Assembly: GCA_036172245.1 (NCBI GenBank)
Contig: JAYWIR010000012.1
Span: forward strand, 2,666,001 to 2,730,000
DNA length: 64,000 nt
Direction: 5' to 3'
Source: Raillietiella orientalis
Taxonomy: Eukaryota
The notes under the pieces are model-generated. The model ran no database searches. It saw nothing but the letters and a program-made list of their open reading frames with translations, and was not told the origin of the DNA. Below, piece after piece: positions 1 through 14,005 of the stretch (position 1 is its first letter; each line of letters starts with the position of its first letter). Position numbers and translations under genes: made by a program.

Positions 1-759
1 GCGAAGCTGGACCTTTCCATCTTCCTCGTCCCGGATCGCGGGACCGAACACCCAAAGCAGGCGAACTCCATCAGCACAGGAGAGGAACCGAGGGAAGGTG
101 CGTTCACGGACCCTGGCTGGTTCCCGATCGGCTACTCTACTCCTCGTTTTCCAGGTTCCTCCAGCCGGAGAATCCGCCCGCCCGTTTGGGAAGCGACCCT
201 TTTCATTCCCCTGAGTCGACGCAGCACGGCACCACGGAACATATGGTTCGGAGTATCCGGGCTGAAGATCGCCTCCGGGCGTTCCAACCCAGCTGCCCGG
301 TGCTGAGTTTTCCCCGGACCACAACACCCACGCTCCGTCCCCAAATGTTCGCCTTGAACTTCCTGGTCTTCGTCTTCGCTTTCTTGGCCGACATGCCAGG
401 GCGACTCATTGAGAGGAACTTCCACGTCCGCCGAACGCGTCTCCTCTTGTAAGGGTTCTAGAGGATCGGCTTGGACGTGGTTCAGGAGGTGCATTCGACG
501 GATGTTCTTGCTGTATCTGATGTTGGGTGACCCCACTGAACTCCCTAGCAGGCTGGCTTAAGATGGTCAAGGGATTCTCCAAATCTTGAGCGGTTTCCTC
601 TGATCCAGCATTGACGCTTCCTGGGTGTTCTCGAGAGGGCGTTCCACGCCCAGATTGGTTGGTCGATCTCTTCTTCGTGACAGGAGGTTACGGTAAGAGG
701 GGATCACGACGTGGTCTCACCAAGAACTAGGGAGGGAGCGAGAGTGGGGAAACAGACTC

Positions 760-1400
760 AATAAATAAACAAATAAGGGTGGCATACACTAGGCTCATAG
801 TTCCAGAGGGTCTGAGGTGGACTGGGGCGGGAAAGGAGGAAATGGGGCGCTGTCGCCGGAGGCGAGGTCGCTCTGTGCGGCATCACCATCTTCGGCTCGT
901 CGAGAGCCACAGCGTCGTCGCTCTTGAAGTCCCGCAGGATCCGGTTGAACATCACGTTGCGGTCGGCAACAAACGGAGTCTCTCACTCTCCCTCCGGGTG
1001 CAGCCTTTGGAAGGATAATCTCCTCAAGCATCTTGTCCACTCCCCAGGAGCCTGGGAGATGCGATCTTGTTTCGTGAAGTCCAGTGGCATCCAAGCCTGG
1101 CCGCGGCTGAAACCGATCCTGAGGAACACTCTGCAGAAGCAGCTCGTGGTGACGTCGACATGGTCCTCATCCTCGAGCAACAGTTTCAACAATCTAAGGG
1201 TAGACTCGAGCAGCTCCCTTACACCCACGACAGCGGAATTCCGGTTTGCCCCAGGCCTGTTCGTGTTCATAGTGCAGGAAGGCGTGCACTTGCGGTCTTC
1301 CTCCAGCGAGCTGGAGGTCTTCGCGTTGACGCGCCCTATTTCGGAGTGCACCTCCTCCAGATCTGCCTCGACTACGCACTACAACCTCGCTGTGCACTAC
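760..1400 (-). mobile_element. Possible further non-LTR 3' fragment
   Basis: Frameshifted 'VHAFLH...FRCRGCKG' zf-RVT-like peptide followed by a T-rich tail (TTATTTGTTTATTTATTG). Confidence 0.35.
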
Positions 1401-2324
1401 AGCCGCCTCAAAACCACCGGGGAACAGCAATTCCAGGCTTCGGTTTAGCTCTTTGCTGTCTCTCCGGTGGGCTCCTGGTGATCGATCCCAAACGCGACAG
1501 CTCGGCAGCGTCGATCCTGAGTGGATGCCTGGCGTAGCGCAATTGGATGGACAAGGGAAACCACCGCCTCGTGTCCGCAGTGGTCCCGGAGCTTTCTTAA
1601 GTGCGATGTCCTAGTTCGAGCCACCTCTTCGCACGAGGACGGAGGCAGTTCCTTTGGATGGTGGCCACGCTCTTCTTCCATTTTTGGAGATCACAGTCTC
1701 CCGCGTGCAGGGCAGAAGATCGCCGGGAGGGCAGGGAATTGGCAAGCCCGAAGGAGAGAACATTCTTTCAAGCAGATCCTGGGGCAGCAGCAGCTTTGCA
1801 GCTAAGTAAAACGAGCGTCAACACGAACGCGTCATCCTGTAAAATCATTGGAATGTGAGGAGGGTTCCTTCCGGGTCACGCCGAGGCGTTTTTTTCATCA
1901 AAAGATAAACATTGAGAAGAAAACATTGGGTCGCCACCGAGTCCGGCAATTCTTGGGAGGGAGGTGGGGTGCTGACGAGCTCCACAATGGGAACGGAAGG
2001 GAATGAAGGAAAGAAAAAAGAAACGAAAATAAAGCAACAAAAAGGGATTGTCTGTAGGATAAAGAAGCATTCCTTCCTTATCCCACAGACAATTCGTTCC
2101 AACAGGCCCTCAGCGTCCTTTGCAGGATGCCGGTCAGCTCCACCTGATGGGTCCATCTCATGGTGATCCTCAGAAAGCGGGTTGCCAAGAGTGGGCTACT
2201 TCGCCGTCCGTCGCACCCTCTCTTGGCCTCGCACTTCGCAGCGGCGACATCTCTTCAGAGCAGCAGAGCGCTGCAGTTCTTGCAAGAGCTGTCGCTCTGC
2301 GGTTGGGACGGCAGGCAGCAGGAC

Positions 2325-3320
2325 ACTTCGCACGAAGAGGGGCTTCACAGGAGGGATACGCGGAGAACGTTCCCACGATGCCTGGAGGGCAACATGATGC
2401 ACCAGCACGCGAGGGAAGGATTACTCCACCTTCCCGCACGTCTTTTCGTCCAGTGGTGACGCAGCACATGGCGCGGGAATCCCCAGTGCAACATCGGCAG
2501 CTCCGATTGCTGCCACAGGTGGCCCGCTCGGTCGCCACAGCCCTTGCCGCAGCGCCGTCTTCCCTGATGGCAAGCGGGCTGGGAGTTGCCCTGCATCGCT
2601 GCAGGAGCGACCAAACTCCTGCGTGACTGGACGAACTCCGAGCGAGCTGGTGAACGCCGCTCAATCCTCGCCCCCAGGCGGAGGGACTCCTTCGGTGCAG
2701 CGAACCGCCGGCCGTGTTTCTCCCCCTCTCCGAACAACTCGTCGTCCCTCCTTCCCGCGTGAACACTGCGGTATTCCCTTGAGGTGGAAACGGGATGGCC
2801 GGCTGTTTCCGCACTGGCGTTTCCAACTCAACCAGCGTGCGAACCTGGTCGCCGGGGCAGCAGAGAGTTGCCCAAACTCTTCCGGACTGCTTTTTCGACC
2901 GCGGCGCAGTCCGGGTACCGTGGCGGCGTCTATCTTCAGCGCCCCGGTACCGCGACAAGCACTTGCTGCGGCGAGTCTTCTCTCCGGACCGGCGCCGGGA
3001 TTGCGGCGATGCGCAGCATCCGCGCCACCGTCACTGCCCGCCGTGCCTCGGACGCGGCGAAGGCACGGCGGGCAGTGTCATGGCAGCCGCCTAAACGAGG
3101 GCGCAGGCGAGGTGGTCTAACCTGGAAGAGGTCGAGCTGGAGATCGCCGTCATCCCGCGCCGGTACTCAGCAAGAAGAAGGGACCCCAACCGAAGACCTT
3201 TGTCCCCACCCTTCTGCTTCGATTGATATATTGATTTGCCGTCCCCTTTCCTCCCGTTCCGGACTGCTCCGGTAGCCGACCTGCGTGTCCTGCGCAACCC
3301 TGTCTCTGAACTTCCTTTTC
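2325..3320 (+). mobile_element. 5'-truncated L1/Tx1-like element, family B; inverted near-identical copy at 20078-21087
   Basis: Identical peptides in ORFs 2623-3120(+) and 20162-20761(-). Degenerate zf-RVT (WKRDGRLFPHW...LPDCFFDRGAVRVPWRRL). Confidence 0.7.
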
Positions 3321-5879
3321 TTGTATTGCTGTTTTGAGAGGACTTCTGGATGTCTCTACGCTGCCACTTGAGGAGAGGGAACGAGCTGTCCGTCGTCACT
3401 GGAGCCACCACCAGCTCCTCAGGCGGGACGCCGGAGAGCTCACCTCAACTCAGGAGTTTTTTAGGGCTGTAAGTTGCTGCTCTAGAAAGCTGAAGAATGT
3501 CCGGCCACTGAGCGGCTTCCTGCCACTCGAGATGCGACGGGGAGGACGAACGTTGCCCGTTCGAAAGCTATACTTGCTTTAATGAACGAAAATGATTAGC
3601 AGCTCTGGATGCCTCTACGGAAGCCACTAAAAGAAAAAGAAAAGAAAACGCTAAGTATATAGCGTCAGGAGTCACGAGCTGACGCGTCAAAGAACTTGGG
3701 CTCCGGGATAAAATTTCGTTTAGCCCGTGACTTTGGCAGATGCTCTCGGAACAGCTTCTGGAAGGATCGAGTTGCTTTGCGAGGCGTGCCTGACGGCGCC
3801 GCCATGACTCCGTTTACTTGGAAACCCACCGGGCTGATGAAAGTCGGCCAGGTCTGAAGCCCGGATGGGATTCCCTCCGTTTTGTTCGAAAGTGCTCTTC
3901 CCTAGGGACGTGGTGGGTCCCTTTCATTGTTCGTCAGCGTTCGGCGAGAGTGGATGACGGATTCACGTTTCGTGAAACACACCAACGGGAGAGTCGTTTT
4001 CCTTTATCCTGAGCCATACCAAGATCTCCAAGATAACTGGAGCGTGTCCCTAATGGTGCTTGTTTTCCTCCGCGGTAATTATGATGGATGTTCTTGTGAT
4101 GCGGGCGCATAATCACAAGCATTTACGCTCCAGCGAGTGAAGTTCCGCTTTCGCATTGTGTCCGGCTCAAACCTCGGAGTGAGGCTGCCTCTCCCTAATG
4201 CGTTTCCAGCGGGCGATTTCTTTCAGAGCCGGGACCTTCGCTGACGTTGCAAATTGTGGATTTCGAAATGGAAACTGCCGCTTTGCGTGCGGCGGATCTT
4301 TGTGCGCCGCAGCCTCCACTGACACCAGCTGTCCACCAGCACCGTTAAGACCGGAATCGGGCATCATTAACCCACACAATGGATTTTTGTCGAGGGTAGG
4401 TGGAATCGGCTAGTGGGGGAGGTGGCATCCTTCGGTGCTGCGCATTCCACCTCGAACGGGGAATGTCTGAAGATCTTGGACCTTGGAACGGGCGGGTGGC
4501 GCAAAAAAAATAAATAAAAAAATGCAACTCTGCGCCGCATTTTTGAAGCGGACATGAATCATTCGATGTGGATGGTCAGGCCACTCCAATTGAATTGGAC
4601 AATGGCTGCTTCAAGACTTCTTTGGGATTTCGGTCCGGAAGACAGTGTTGAAAGGAAGGACGCGAACGGACAAAGGGGAGTTTTCTCCACCTTCCTGGCT
4701 ACCATCTTCAGCCCATCCTGTGATCTCAGCAGTGTCTTCCGTTGCGCGAGGCGACCCATGTCGTCCTTTGAGCACGCACATTCTGGGAATACCGGACGTT
4801 CTTTTCCCAGATGCTACGCGCGCTTCTTGAAAATCCCCGATTCGCGGGATGCTTCGTCGTTTCTCGAATCCTCTCGGGACCTCAGAAATTCTGCTACGAT
4901 TCCTATTACCTGCTTTTCTTCTTCCGCCTTGCCTCTTCTGAGGTTGCTGGGGAACATCTATAGGGGCAAGCACATTCGAGTGTGACCACCTTCCCTCCAT
5001 ACTAAAGCACTCGATCTGGCCTCGAAGTCGCTCCTGGAGTGGTCCGCCGGGTCGACGTGTTATCGACAGGCTGATTGTGAGGCTCATTCTTCAGTTTTCC
5101 ATATAAGAGCAATAGGTAAGCGGACGACTCATGAGAAGGGGGAGGAGGAATAGGAATGGTAGGTCGTGTTTTGTCGATGGTAGGTCAGGAGGGGGACGGT
5201 CGTTCAAGGTCACTTTTGGTAGCTCTAGTTTGGAATGAGGAACGAGGCTGCACGGGTGACAACACGCAGACGTCATCCGGTCAGACCACGGAGTCTGTTA
5301 GAAATGCAGCTTCAGTGGGTCATCGGTTCGCCAGTGTCAGGGATATTTAGCACTGCAATTAATGGCAATCAGAATTCTTGGACATGCCAGCCTCTCCTTT
5401 CTTCGTTTTCTTTCTGTCTTTTTTTTTTTTAAAAAAAAAGAAAAGAAAGAAAGAAAGAAAAGTGATTGCGTATGAGCATTGGTCTCACTTTGGAACACGA
5501 AAGAGTCATGCGCTCCTCTTGCACCAAATGTTGGATCCGCTGCGTTTCCAAAGTCACTCAGCTCTCCTTCTTCGTGATGAGGACCCCTGGTAGTGCTGAG
5601 GCAAATTCCCGCAGCATCCACGAACGCAGGCCGGAACTTGAACGGGGAGGAAACGCGACTTTCCTGACATCGGCGTTTTTGACCACGTCAGAGAGAGCCT
5701 GAGTTCCGTCAACTATGCTTCCCGGCTCGATGAGGCTCATGGCTGAACTCTAAGAGTATCGTGGAGGGAACTCTTCTCTTTCGTTTGCTTCGAGCTGAGC
5801 GTCTTCCTTGTCCTATTCCCCAGAGGTCACGCGTTGCGGCACACAGCTACATCCGAGACCGCCGGGATCCATGAGTAAC

Positions 5880-6085
5880 AGCCGTGTGGCTGCGCCGTAC
5901 CAAGCGTTGCGGGTTCGAATCCACCCGAGAAAGGATCGACGACGAGAAATGGATGCGTCGTTGGTTTCCAGTTCCCCACCCCCCTGCCCCCCACAGGACG
6001 ACGAATGAAGGAAGAATGAGGACGACGCTGGTTGGCCAGCGGACTTCGGGTGCTACAGCACTGGGTGGAAGCTGGAAACCAGATG
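5880..6085 (+). mobile_element. tRNA-derived SINE, 5' part
   Basis: GCGGGTTCGAATCCACCCGAGAAAGGATCGA...GGACGACGCTGGTTGGCC...CAGCACTGGGTGGAAGCTGGAAACC, similar to the 18196 copy. Confidence 0.65.
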
Positions 6086-9000
6086 CCCCCATTGACGGAT
6101 CGGGACAGTACCAGAAGTGTGAAAAGAGCTCTTGAAAGGAGGGGGGAGGGAGGAAACTAAATCCACTTGTAAAACGGGAGAAGATGGCAAGTAAAGATTT
6201 CCAGTCTCCATCCTGTTCACTGTTAGATGGACGTTCTTAAGGATACTCGAAACTCTTGCGTCGGTAAGTCCTTAATTCATCTGGTGTACTCCAATCATCC
6301 ACATCAGATATTATGGAATGATTGTAGATCACAGATTTATCTAATTGCAGATCCATTCTTGAGAAAGGAACTCGACCTTCAGCCTGCGTGGTCACTGCCC
6401 ATCGGTGACAGAACTGATTGCCTACGCAGAAGACAGGAGGAATCTCCAATGTTCACGTCCTCGACGGACGCTCCAACAACCAGATGCCTATTCTTTGATG
6501 AGCTGATATCCTGGAAAAGAATCCCTCCCCCTTCTCCCCCCCCCCAAAAAAAAAAAAACGCTGGGAATTGCAACAGAGAGTTGCAATTCCCAGCAGCCCC
6601 TACCCAACCATCCTTCCCAAACCTCCCCAGTTTCCTGGAAGTCACAAGCTGGGGGTCGCTGTGCCCAGAATTTGGGGAAGGTCCCTGAGTCTTTCTGCGT
6701 TACTGTGATCGAAAGCTACAGAAACACCAATCCTGAGGGCAGCTGGCTGGCATGTTTCAAGCCTCGCGCATGCGACCCCTCTTGCGGCGGCCACCGGCGA
6801 ACACCTTCGCTCGGAGCTTCCTCGCGCGCGGGGGCGGAAAGGCGAAGCGCATCCGGAGAAGGGCAAAAACTTCGCGAATCTGCATCGTCTTGTGGCCCGG
6901 GATATCTCCAGCACACCCAGTGGTTTCAACAGGCATCGGATCAAAACGCGATCACCTCTGCCGTTCGACCACCTCCTCCCCGTCCACTTTTTTTTTTTTT
7001 TTTTTGTCTTCTTTTCCTGTAATTCCTCGCGTTCCTCTTGCTTGCTCAGGTTTGCAAGATGCCACTCTCGGCTCCAAGAGGAAACGCGGCCTCCGGGAAA
7101 AACCCGGCCTGTTTATCTCTTGTGGATCGCTGGCACCCAACTCGAAGATTCCACGAGTCCCGGTCGAAAACATTTTCCTGTTCTTTGGAGAGCCAGTGGA
7201 AGAGGAAAGAGCTGAAACAAAAGGAAAGAAGCTTTCCAGAACACTCGCTGGGATCAGTTAGCTGTCGGAAGTTTGAGTTGCACACCTCCAGCATTTGGTG
7301 GTCAGCGGTATCTTACGGCTGGCGGGACATCAAAAATCTCCCCTTCTCTCTTTTTTTTATGGCGAAACCACGTGACGCCTTCAAATTGCAGCAACGTTCC
7401 TCTCTACCACCGAAAAAAAAGGCTCGTAAAATGTAGAAGTGCGCACCGAACGCGTCTCGCTAACTAGGGAGAACAGGAGGGAAGTCACCCCTGGACACCC
7501 GACACCAGATAGCCAGAGGAGCTCGGATAGAACTGACCAAAAGTCAGAAACAATCCGGAGTCGGGGACAGTTCGAAATGAAATGAAACTCCTGGAAGCAG
7601 AGGCTGGAATGCTCGAGATGGAGGAAACCTGGAGATGACTCTCGTCCGCGCTCACGCTCCTACGAAAACAAAGAGCGGGAGAGAGTTGAGAGGCGACGTT
7701 TCACCCCTACCGATTCCCGTTTCTTCCCGCACGTGTTCTTTGCGTAGCTCCCGGAACACACAAAGACCGTCCTCGTCTCTGTCAGTGAGGTCTGTCGTGG
7801 CTGAAGATCCCAAGCGGGTCAGCAACACCTCAGAGGTGACCGCGTCCAGGTGTCGGCAATTCAGCAGTTCTTCCGGCTCCGATACACTGCTTCCTTCAGA
7901 GCAGGGACGAAATTCTCAAGCCCGCATCGGAAACCGCGCATCCCCCGGTGCGGGAAAAGGTGCGCCGTGGAAGTTGAGGATCAAACACGGGGCTTTTCGG
8001 GTTCCGGGCTGTCGGGGCCACCCTCATCGAGGCAAATATGAGAGCAGAAGGGGTTCGGGGTGGAATGAACCCAGAAGAGACGCTTCGCTCATTGCAGAGC
8101 AGTGAGGTTCCAGAAGAGATGCTTCGAAGATACAAGCCGTTTCCATCCCAGCTCGTACAACAATGGTAGGAGGTAGGAGTCAACAAAAAGGGATTATCTT
8201 CAATGGGCCGAACAGAGCCCAATTCCTTTGGGTAAAGGGAAGGAGAGATTTAAGAGCCTTCCTGAGGAGCATGCTGCGCACTCTGGAAGTTGGTTTTGGT
8301 CTCGCCAGCTTGTGCAGGCATCGAGCGGGAGGGGTTTCCACCTTCTCGTTCGAAATGCGTGCTTCTGCTCATTGCAGGACCCCTTCATCGGTCATCCAAC
8401 GTCACTTCTCAGAGGGCAAATTCTGAATTATCCGTTCGCCAGAAACGATTATCCTTCTAGTCCCCGAGATGCACAGCAGTGGATGCAGGATCAACGACAG
8501 CCGAACGTCATTCTTGTCGTCAAGAATCCCTGATTTCTTCGTGCGCTTTTGGATTCCACGTGACGCGCCGAGGAGGGCAAGGGGTAATGCCGAAGATCCA
8601 TGAAGCTTCCCCGTAGACAACTCGGAGGGGAAAAGGCAGCTCCAATAAACTCTTCAGTGACTGCCTTGTTGTTAAGAGACAAAACAGCAACAACAACAAA
8701 ATGCCAAGATGACCGGGTGTGAATTCTTACCCCCCTCCCTCCCCTTCCCCAAGATTCCTTGGTATTCCAGCTTCATAAGGACGCAGTTCGGGAAGCACCA
8801 TTGTCCAATAGCCGGCGAGCAGGGTTGACATTTAATTCGATTTCATCCTAATCTTCCTCGGGAATTCTGTCGAAACCGCTTTGGACTAACGGAACTGGAA
8901 GTTCCCGGATCCATGATATCCTTGCGCGACATCGGCTGTTGCATCCCGAGTTCCAGGTAAAGTGATTGCTTTCTCTTGTAGTGGCTGGAGCACCGTAAGC

Positions 9001-10299
9001 ACACACAAATGGTAAGAGGCAGAGAGTTGGAAGCAAGCAGGCACAAGAACGCGGTTCTCGAGACGATACGCGTGGGGGTGCGCGGAGGGATGCCACGGGG
9101 TGGAAAATCATATCTTGCGGGCTACTGCAGCAGCTGCTCATGCAGACTTCGACGGGAACAAAGGGAAAGGACTGCCATTTTGTTTTTTGATTTTTGCTTG
9201 AAGTTAGCGAATGGAGCAGCCTCTTCCGGGAGCGTGCTGTGTCCCTGCCCAAGTTCGACACCGTCCGAGAGAACACAGGCTGCTTCTCCAGGAGCAAGCC
9301 TCATGCAATGAAACCTCTGGAGAGAGGGGAGTCATCACAAGGATTTACTGCATCGGAACGCAACCGCAGTGGAACGGGATGGACTCCGGACTCTTCAGGA
9401 TATCGGGTGCGTCCTATGGCAAGTCTCAGAATCCAACTTTGTTTTGCAAGGAACGCGCACTGAACAGCACTTTTAGAATGCTCCAACGATCGCAAACGGT
9501 GAGCAGACAATTAGTGCAGCGCAAAAACGCGGTGACCCAGAGCTATCCGCTCAAAGGCTGATGCTTCCAGGTGTTGCAGTCCATCCGATGAGAGTGACAC
9601 GTGTCATGCGAGAACGCGAGACAGTGAGATGATGGATGTCCTCTACAGACTGGCGATGAATGGCTCGCACCTTTCTCTTCTGTGCAAAAGGTGAAACCCC
9701 GTGCATAGCGAAATGAAATCAGCCTGGGCTACCGGAGATTTGGAAGCTCATCCGAAATATTTTTCCGGCGGGTGGGGACGCCCCTTAACTACTGGTCTTT
9801 GCTAAAATGAACTCCTTAAATGGTCTCTTAATTGAGAATTTCCCGGATTGTGCGCCCCCGGAGACCGATCACTATGGCCCAAACGTGTGAGCGTTCCTGC
9901 GAGCAACAACAGCTCTGGTAATTCCCGAAGTCTTTCCGCAAAAGGATGACCACGCCTTAACTACCGATTGACGAGGTGCGTAACTGTGCACGTGGCCTGC
10001 AGCAGGTCGTCGTTCGGAAATTCTTCAATGAATCCTGAATCCTCCAGGCGAGATGCTCCACGTTTTCTACACTGGGAGCAAAACAGAAATGTGTTCTGCT
10101 CTGCGCTTTTAATTTCCGGCCATTATCCCGAGGGCAGTATCCCTGGGTTCGAGACAGGAGCCTCTGGAGTGCTGTCTCATCAGGCAGTGTGAGGAAGGCA
10201 GCGATAAGGAGCAAATTAAAATTTACCAGTGCTGAGCATTTTTGACTCGAGAGTTCGTAAAAGGGCAAACATGTCCAAAGGAGGAGGAGCCTCGAGAAG

Positions 10300-11140
10300 A
10301 AAAAAAACCTGCTGGAAATGCACTGATGGAGGGCCCAGCACAATGGTCGACGACGTCATCTTCAGCAGCAGCATGAGGAGAAAATTTACCTCCGTCGCGA
10401 GAACCCTGCAGAGAGAGCACGCGTGGCAATCTTTCGTTCAAGAGCACCTCAGTCAAGGGAGAGCCTTGCAGTGAGTCTTGCACCACTCCTCAAGCTCCTT
10501 CCTAACGGAGACTACCTCAGGTTCCAGGACTACAGAGTCATCCACTCAACCCGGCTAAACGTCCTACCAATCAGGGTCGGGGTCAGGGTGGAACCAGAGG
10601 GACGCGCACGTCGGCGCTGCAGGACGGAAGACGAAACGTTGCCTCACATCTTCAAACCTATGCAAGAGACACTTTCGTCTGTTCACTGGGCGACATGACG
10701 CGATCCAGGAGATGATCAGAATGGCAGCGGTGGATGAGACAAAGTGGACCCTAGTGAGCTCCAGGAACGGAATCCCTCCTGAGAACAGATCTAGTACTGA
10801 AGAAAGGAAATCGAACAATAGTGCCGGACATCTGCTGCCCGTTTGATGGTGGGAAAGAGGCGTTCAGCACAGCTAGGAGGAACAAGCTGGAAAAATATAG
10901 GGAGTAGCCCTCCTGCTGAGCAGGGAAGGGAAGAAATGCAAGGTACATGCTCTCATCGTTGGCTCACTGAGAGCCTGGGACCCAGATAACGAGGAAGTGC
11001 TCCAGGATCTTGGAATTCCTGAAAAGCACTCGGAGAGGATGAGGCACCGGATGGTGGCTTCGCGCTTCCGGTACTCCAAGGACATCTACGCGGCCCACGT
11101 CACGGTAGGAACAGAACGAGAGACCAAAACTCAGATACTG
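10300..11140 (+). mobile_element. Decayed RLE-type non-LTR retrotransposon (Utopia/NeSL-like) C-terminus: CCHC knuckle + PD-(D/E)xK endonuclease
   Basis: Across frameshifts it reads LRFQDYRVIHSTRLNVLP - (C)RRC..ETLPHIF - RHDAI - DLV - DICCPFDGG - KLEKY - IVGSLRAWDPDNEEVLQDLGI...MRHRMVASRFRYSKDIYAAHVTVG. A very weak RT-like trace continues upstream (~9000-10300). Confidence 0.75.
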
Positions 11141-12359
11141 CTGGAAAATCCCAGCGGTCAGCTCTCGAGAGACGGAGGACAGGACGCTGAGGAAAGAACA
11201 GACTGAAGAGCGACGAGCGTCCCAGATGAACAGATGAGGAATCTCGCAAGAATGTCAAGATCCCCCCCCCCCCTCGTAAAACGATGTAAAATTGTAAATT
11301 TAAATAATAGAAATCATCATTATCATCTTTTGAAGTCTCGGAACACATTCTTCCTTCTGCGGAAGAGTGCCATCTGTGGCTCCTTACCAGAGTGTCGGTG
11401 GAAAAGTGTGCAGCACGAAGTGGAAAGAACAAAAGTATCTTTATTCGTTTCAAGGCTGCATGACATGAGTGCGTTCGAGGCACGTCGTTGAAATGGCAAT
11501 TCAGAAAACAAAGGCGCCTCCATAAAATCGGAAAGCATCTTCAATGGCACTGCTGGGCATTTCTGAATCGTAAAAGAGCGAATGAATCCATGTGCGGGGA
11601 ACCAAGCACACGACCTTACTATAGGAGCAGTGGACGGATGCCACCGTGATATTTCCGTTAATGTAACGATATCTCTATAGAGCCACAGGATGTATAAATA
11701 CTAACACGACATAATGTAACCCAATTGTAAAATCGAGCACGTGTGCATCATGCTAAAGCATGCTCTCTCTTGTGGTAAGGAAAAAAGAGAGCGCTCCAAG
11801 TGTTTCCAGTAATGCGGATCAACGCTGTGACGCACCAACGTGCTGTCCAGACGCTGTCACCGACGAAAAGAGATTTCGACTCAGCACACGTGTTGGCAAA
11901 ATACATGTTGCACCATCCACTCACTATGACTCATTGCCCCCTCCCCCCAAGTTCTACTTCCCTGCAGCTCCTGGTACGTGCTTCAAATACGTTCCCACAC
12001 ACGCGTTTGCGCTGCTCGTCTTCGTGAGCTCAACGTTGTCTGGAGCATGGACCATCGATAGTTGAGAGTGTTTTTATTTTTCGTAAGGCGGAGAGTGCGA
12101 ACGACGCTGCCATGGCGAAGTGCCTGTGTTAATTCTCACGGGCTCGAAGGAAGGGTTTCCTTGCTCCCTCCGCGTGACACACGTAGGTCTGACACGGTGC
12201 ACGCAACCAAAGGCGCCAACACTCATTCACTTGGGCGTGTTTTGCAAATGACTCCGAGTATCAGGAAGAAGAAACAATTTGTAGCCATCACTTGTAGCTG
12301 CCTCTGAGATTACGAGGCAACGAACGCTTTACTTTGCTCGTTGTGATTGCCGGTCCCGC

Positions 12360-14005
12360 GTTGGCGGCCTGGGGAAGGGGCCCCAGCCCGCGCCACCAAG
12401 CGGATTAGAAATCCCTTCCAATGCCAAGAAAAGGGTGCGTCGTGGGTTTCGAGTGTCCCCCGCAAGATGACGCTGGTTGGCTGTTGGCTTTGGGTGCGGC
12501 GGCACTGACGGAAGCTGATTGACACCCAATCACTCCAGGGTGTTTATTTATAACATAAACATACACGTCTGTGACAGGTCATTTGATCCTGCCACGTTAC
12601 TTATAACTACGAGAAGAATCCTGCCGGGAACCGGCACGCAGGACAGTGGGGCTCGTCTCGGCAGCAGCGCAGGGAAGGAGAGACAAAAAGAAAAAAAGAA
12701 ATCAACAAAATACAGTCAAAAAAATGGGGAGGGTTCGGAAAGGGATCACCGGATGCTGGAGGGCGTCCTCTGCATCCTTGCCAGGATGCTGCCAAGTTCT
12801 TGTTTCAAGACTCCCAATGGGGCCATCTTCACGCTGAATAGATGAAGCAGAATAGATGGCGTCCCTGGCGTTCTGACTTCCTCTGGCATTGCTCCATGCA
12901 GCCACGATCCTGCCCCGTGGGCAGCAGAGTGCTATTGGGGATGTGGCCGGCGTGATTGCGCCACGCAGGAAGAGACGCTTCGAAATGTCCCTGGCGTTGC
13001 CGCCGAGGGTCCCCATGGTCGCGGCAAGGCATCCCCAAAGGGACCGGAGGGCAACACAGTCCACTAGGAGGTGCGGGAAGGATTCCCGCTCCCCGTGACT
13101 GGCATAGTTCGGGTCCACCCATCCACCAACCCGTGTCCGATGATGCCAGCGGGCGTTGCACGGAAAGCCCCAGTGCAGCAGCAGCAATGCCGACTGCCGC
13201 CACTTCAAGGGCAGGATGCGCGGAGACCGGGTATCGGTGCAGGTCTTCCTCTGGAATACTCAGTAGCAAGCTCCAGCGCAAAAGTCCATGGGGTCGAGCG
13301 ATCGGGGTGGCAGCGTCGGTGAGCTGGCCCGTCGTCCACTCATCCAGTCCTCTTCTCCTTCAGGAGATTTCCACAGTGACCTCCCATCTAGCCGCAAGGC
13401 TGCTGGCCGTGTGCTCCCTAAAGGAGGGCGGCGCGGCGGCGAAGGAGATTCTGCTTGTCCATGCACTCTTCCATGGATCTTATAGGATTTACAGGAGCGC
13501 GCAGTTGTCAGGAACGTACAGGAAACGAGGCACCTGTTCCGCGCTTGGCTCCTGGATCCTCGTCCACGTGCGAACGGTTTTCTGCAACCAGGCACTACCT
13601 GGCGGAAGCTGGTAAAAACCGAGTGTCCCTGTCAAGTGACCAGGGTTGGAAGTTGACCGTCCGCAGTCTTTCCAGGGCATCAAGGAGTCCTTCGGGGTTT
13701 CCCTCCGGTTGTGAAAACGGAGCTACACAATGGAGCTGGTTGATGCCTCTCCAGAGTGTAAGAAACGCACTGTTCCCTTCGAAGTGCGCTCCTCAGAGAA
13801 ATTGGAAAGCGTCCTTCCGGGGTTCTCCTCAGAGGAGCAAACAGGGAGCGAATCCTTCGCGGAGGGTCTTTCTGGAAAGAATAAAGAGGTTCCTTTCAGA
13901 GTTCCCTTTGGAGACCACCAGGGTGGACGGTTCCCCTCAATGGTTCCCTCCCAAGCGTAAGAGGAACGGACGCCTTCCTCCGGAGCCTTCCTGGATTTTA
14001 TAGAA
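12360..14005 (+). mobile_element. tRNA-derived SINE split by an L1/Tx1-like insertion (5' part ~12360-12519, 3' part 13599-14005)
   Basis: The 5' part GGTGCGTCGTGGGTTTCGAG...AAGATGACGCTGGTTGG and the 3' part GGTTGGAAGTTGACC...GGAGCCTTCCTGGATTTTATAG both match the 18196 copy. TSD-like repeat at the junctions. Confidence 0.75.
12520..13598 (-). mobile_element. 5'-truncated L1/Tx1-like non-LTR retrotransposon, family A (ORF2 zf-RVT C-terminus + 3'UTR), inserted in a SINE
   Basis: KWRQSALLLLHWGFPCNARWHH...ERESFPHLLVDCVALRSLWGCL is a zf-RVT-type C-terminus. AATAAA near the 3' end. Flanked by CTGACGGAAGCTGAT / CTGGCGGAAGCTGGT. Confidence 0.8.
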
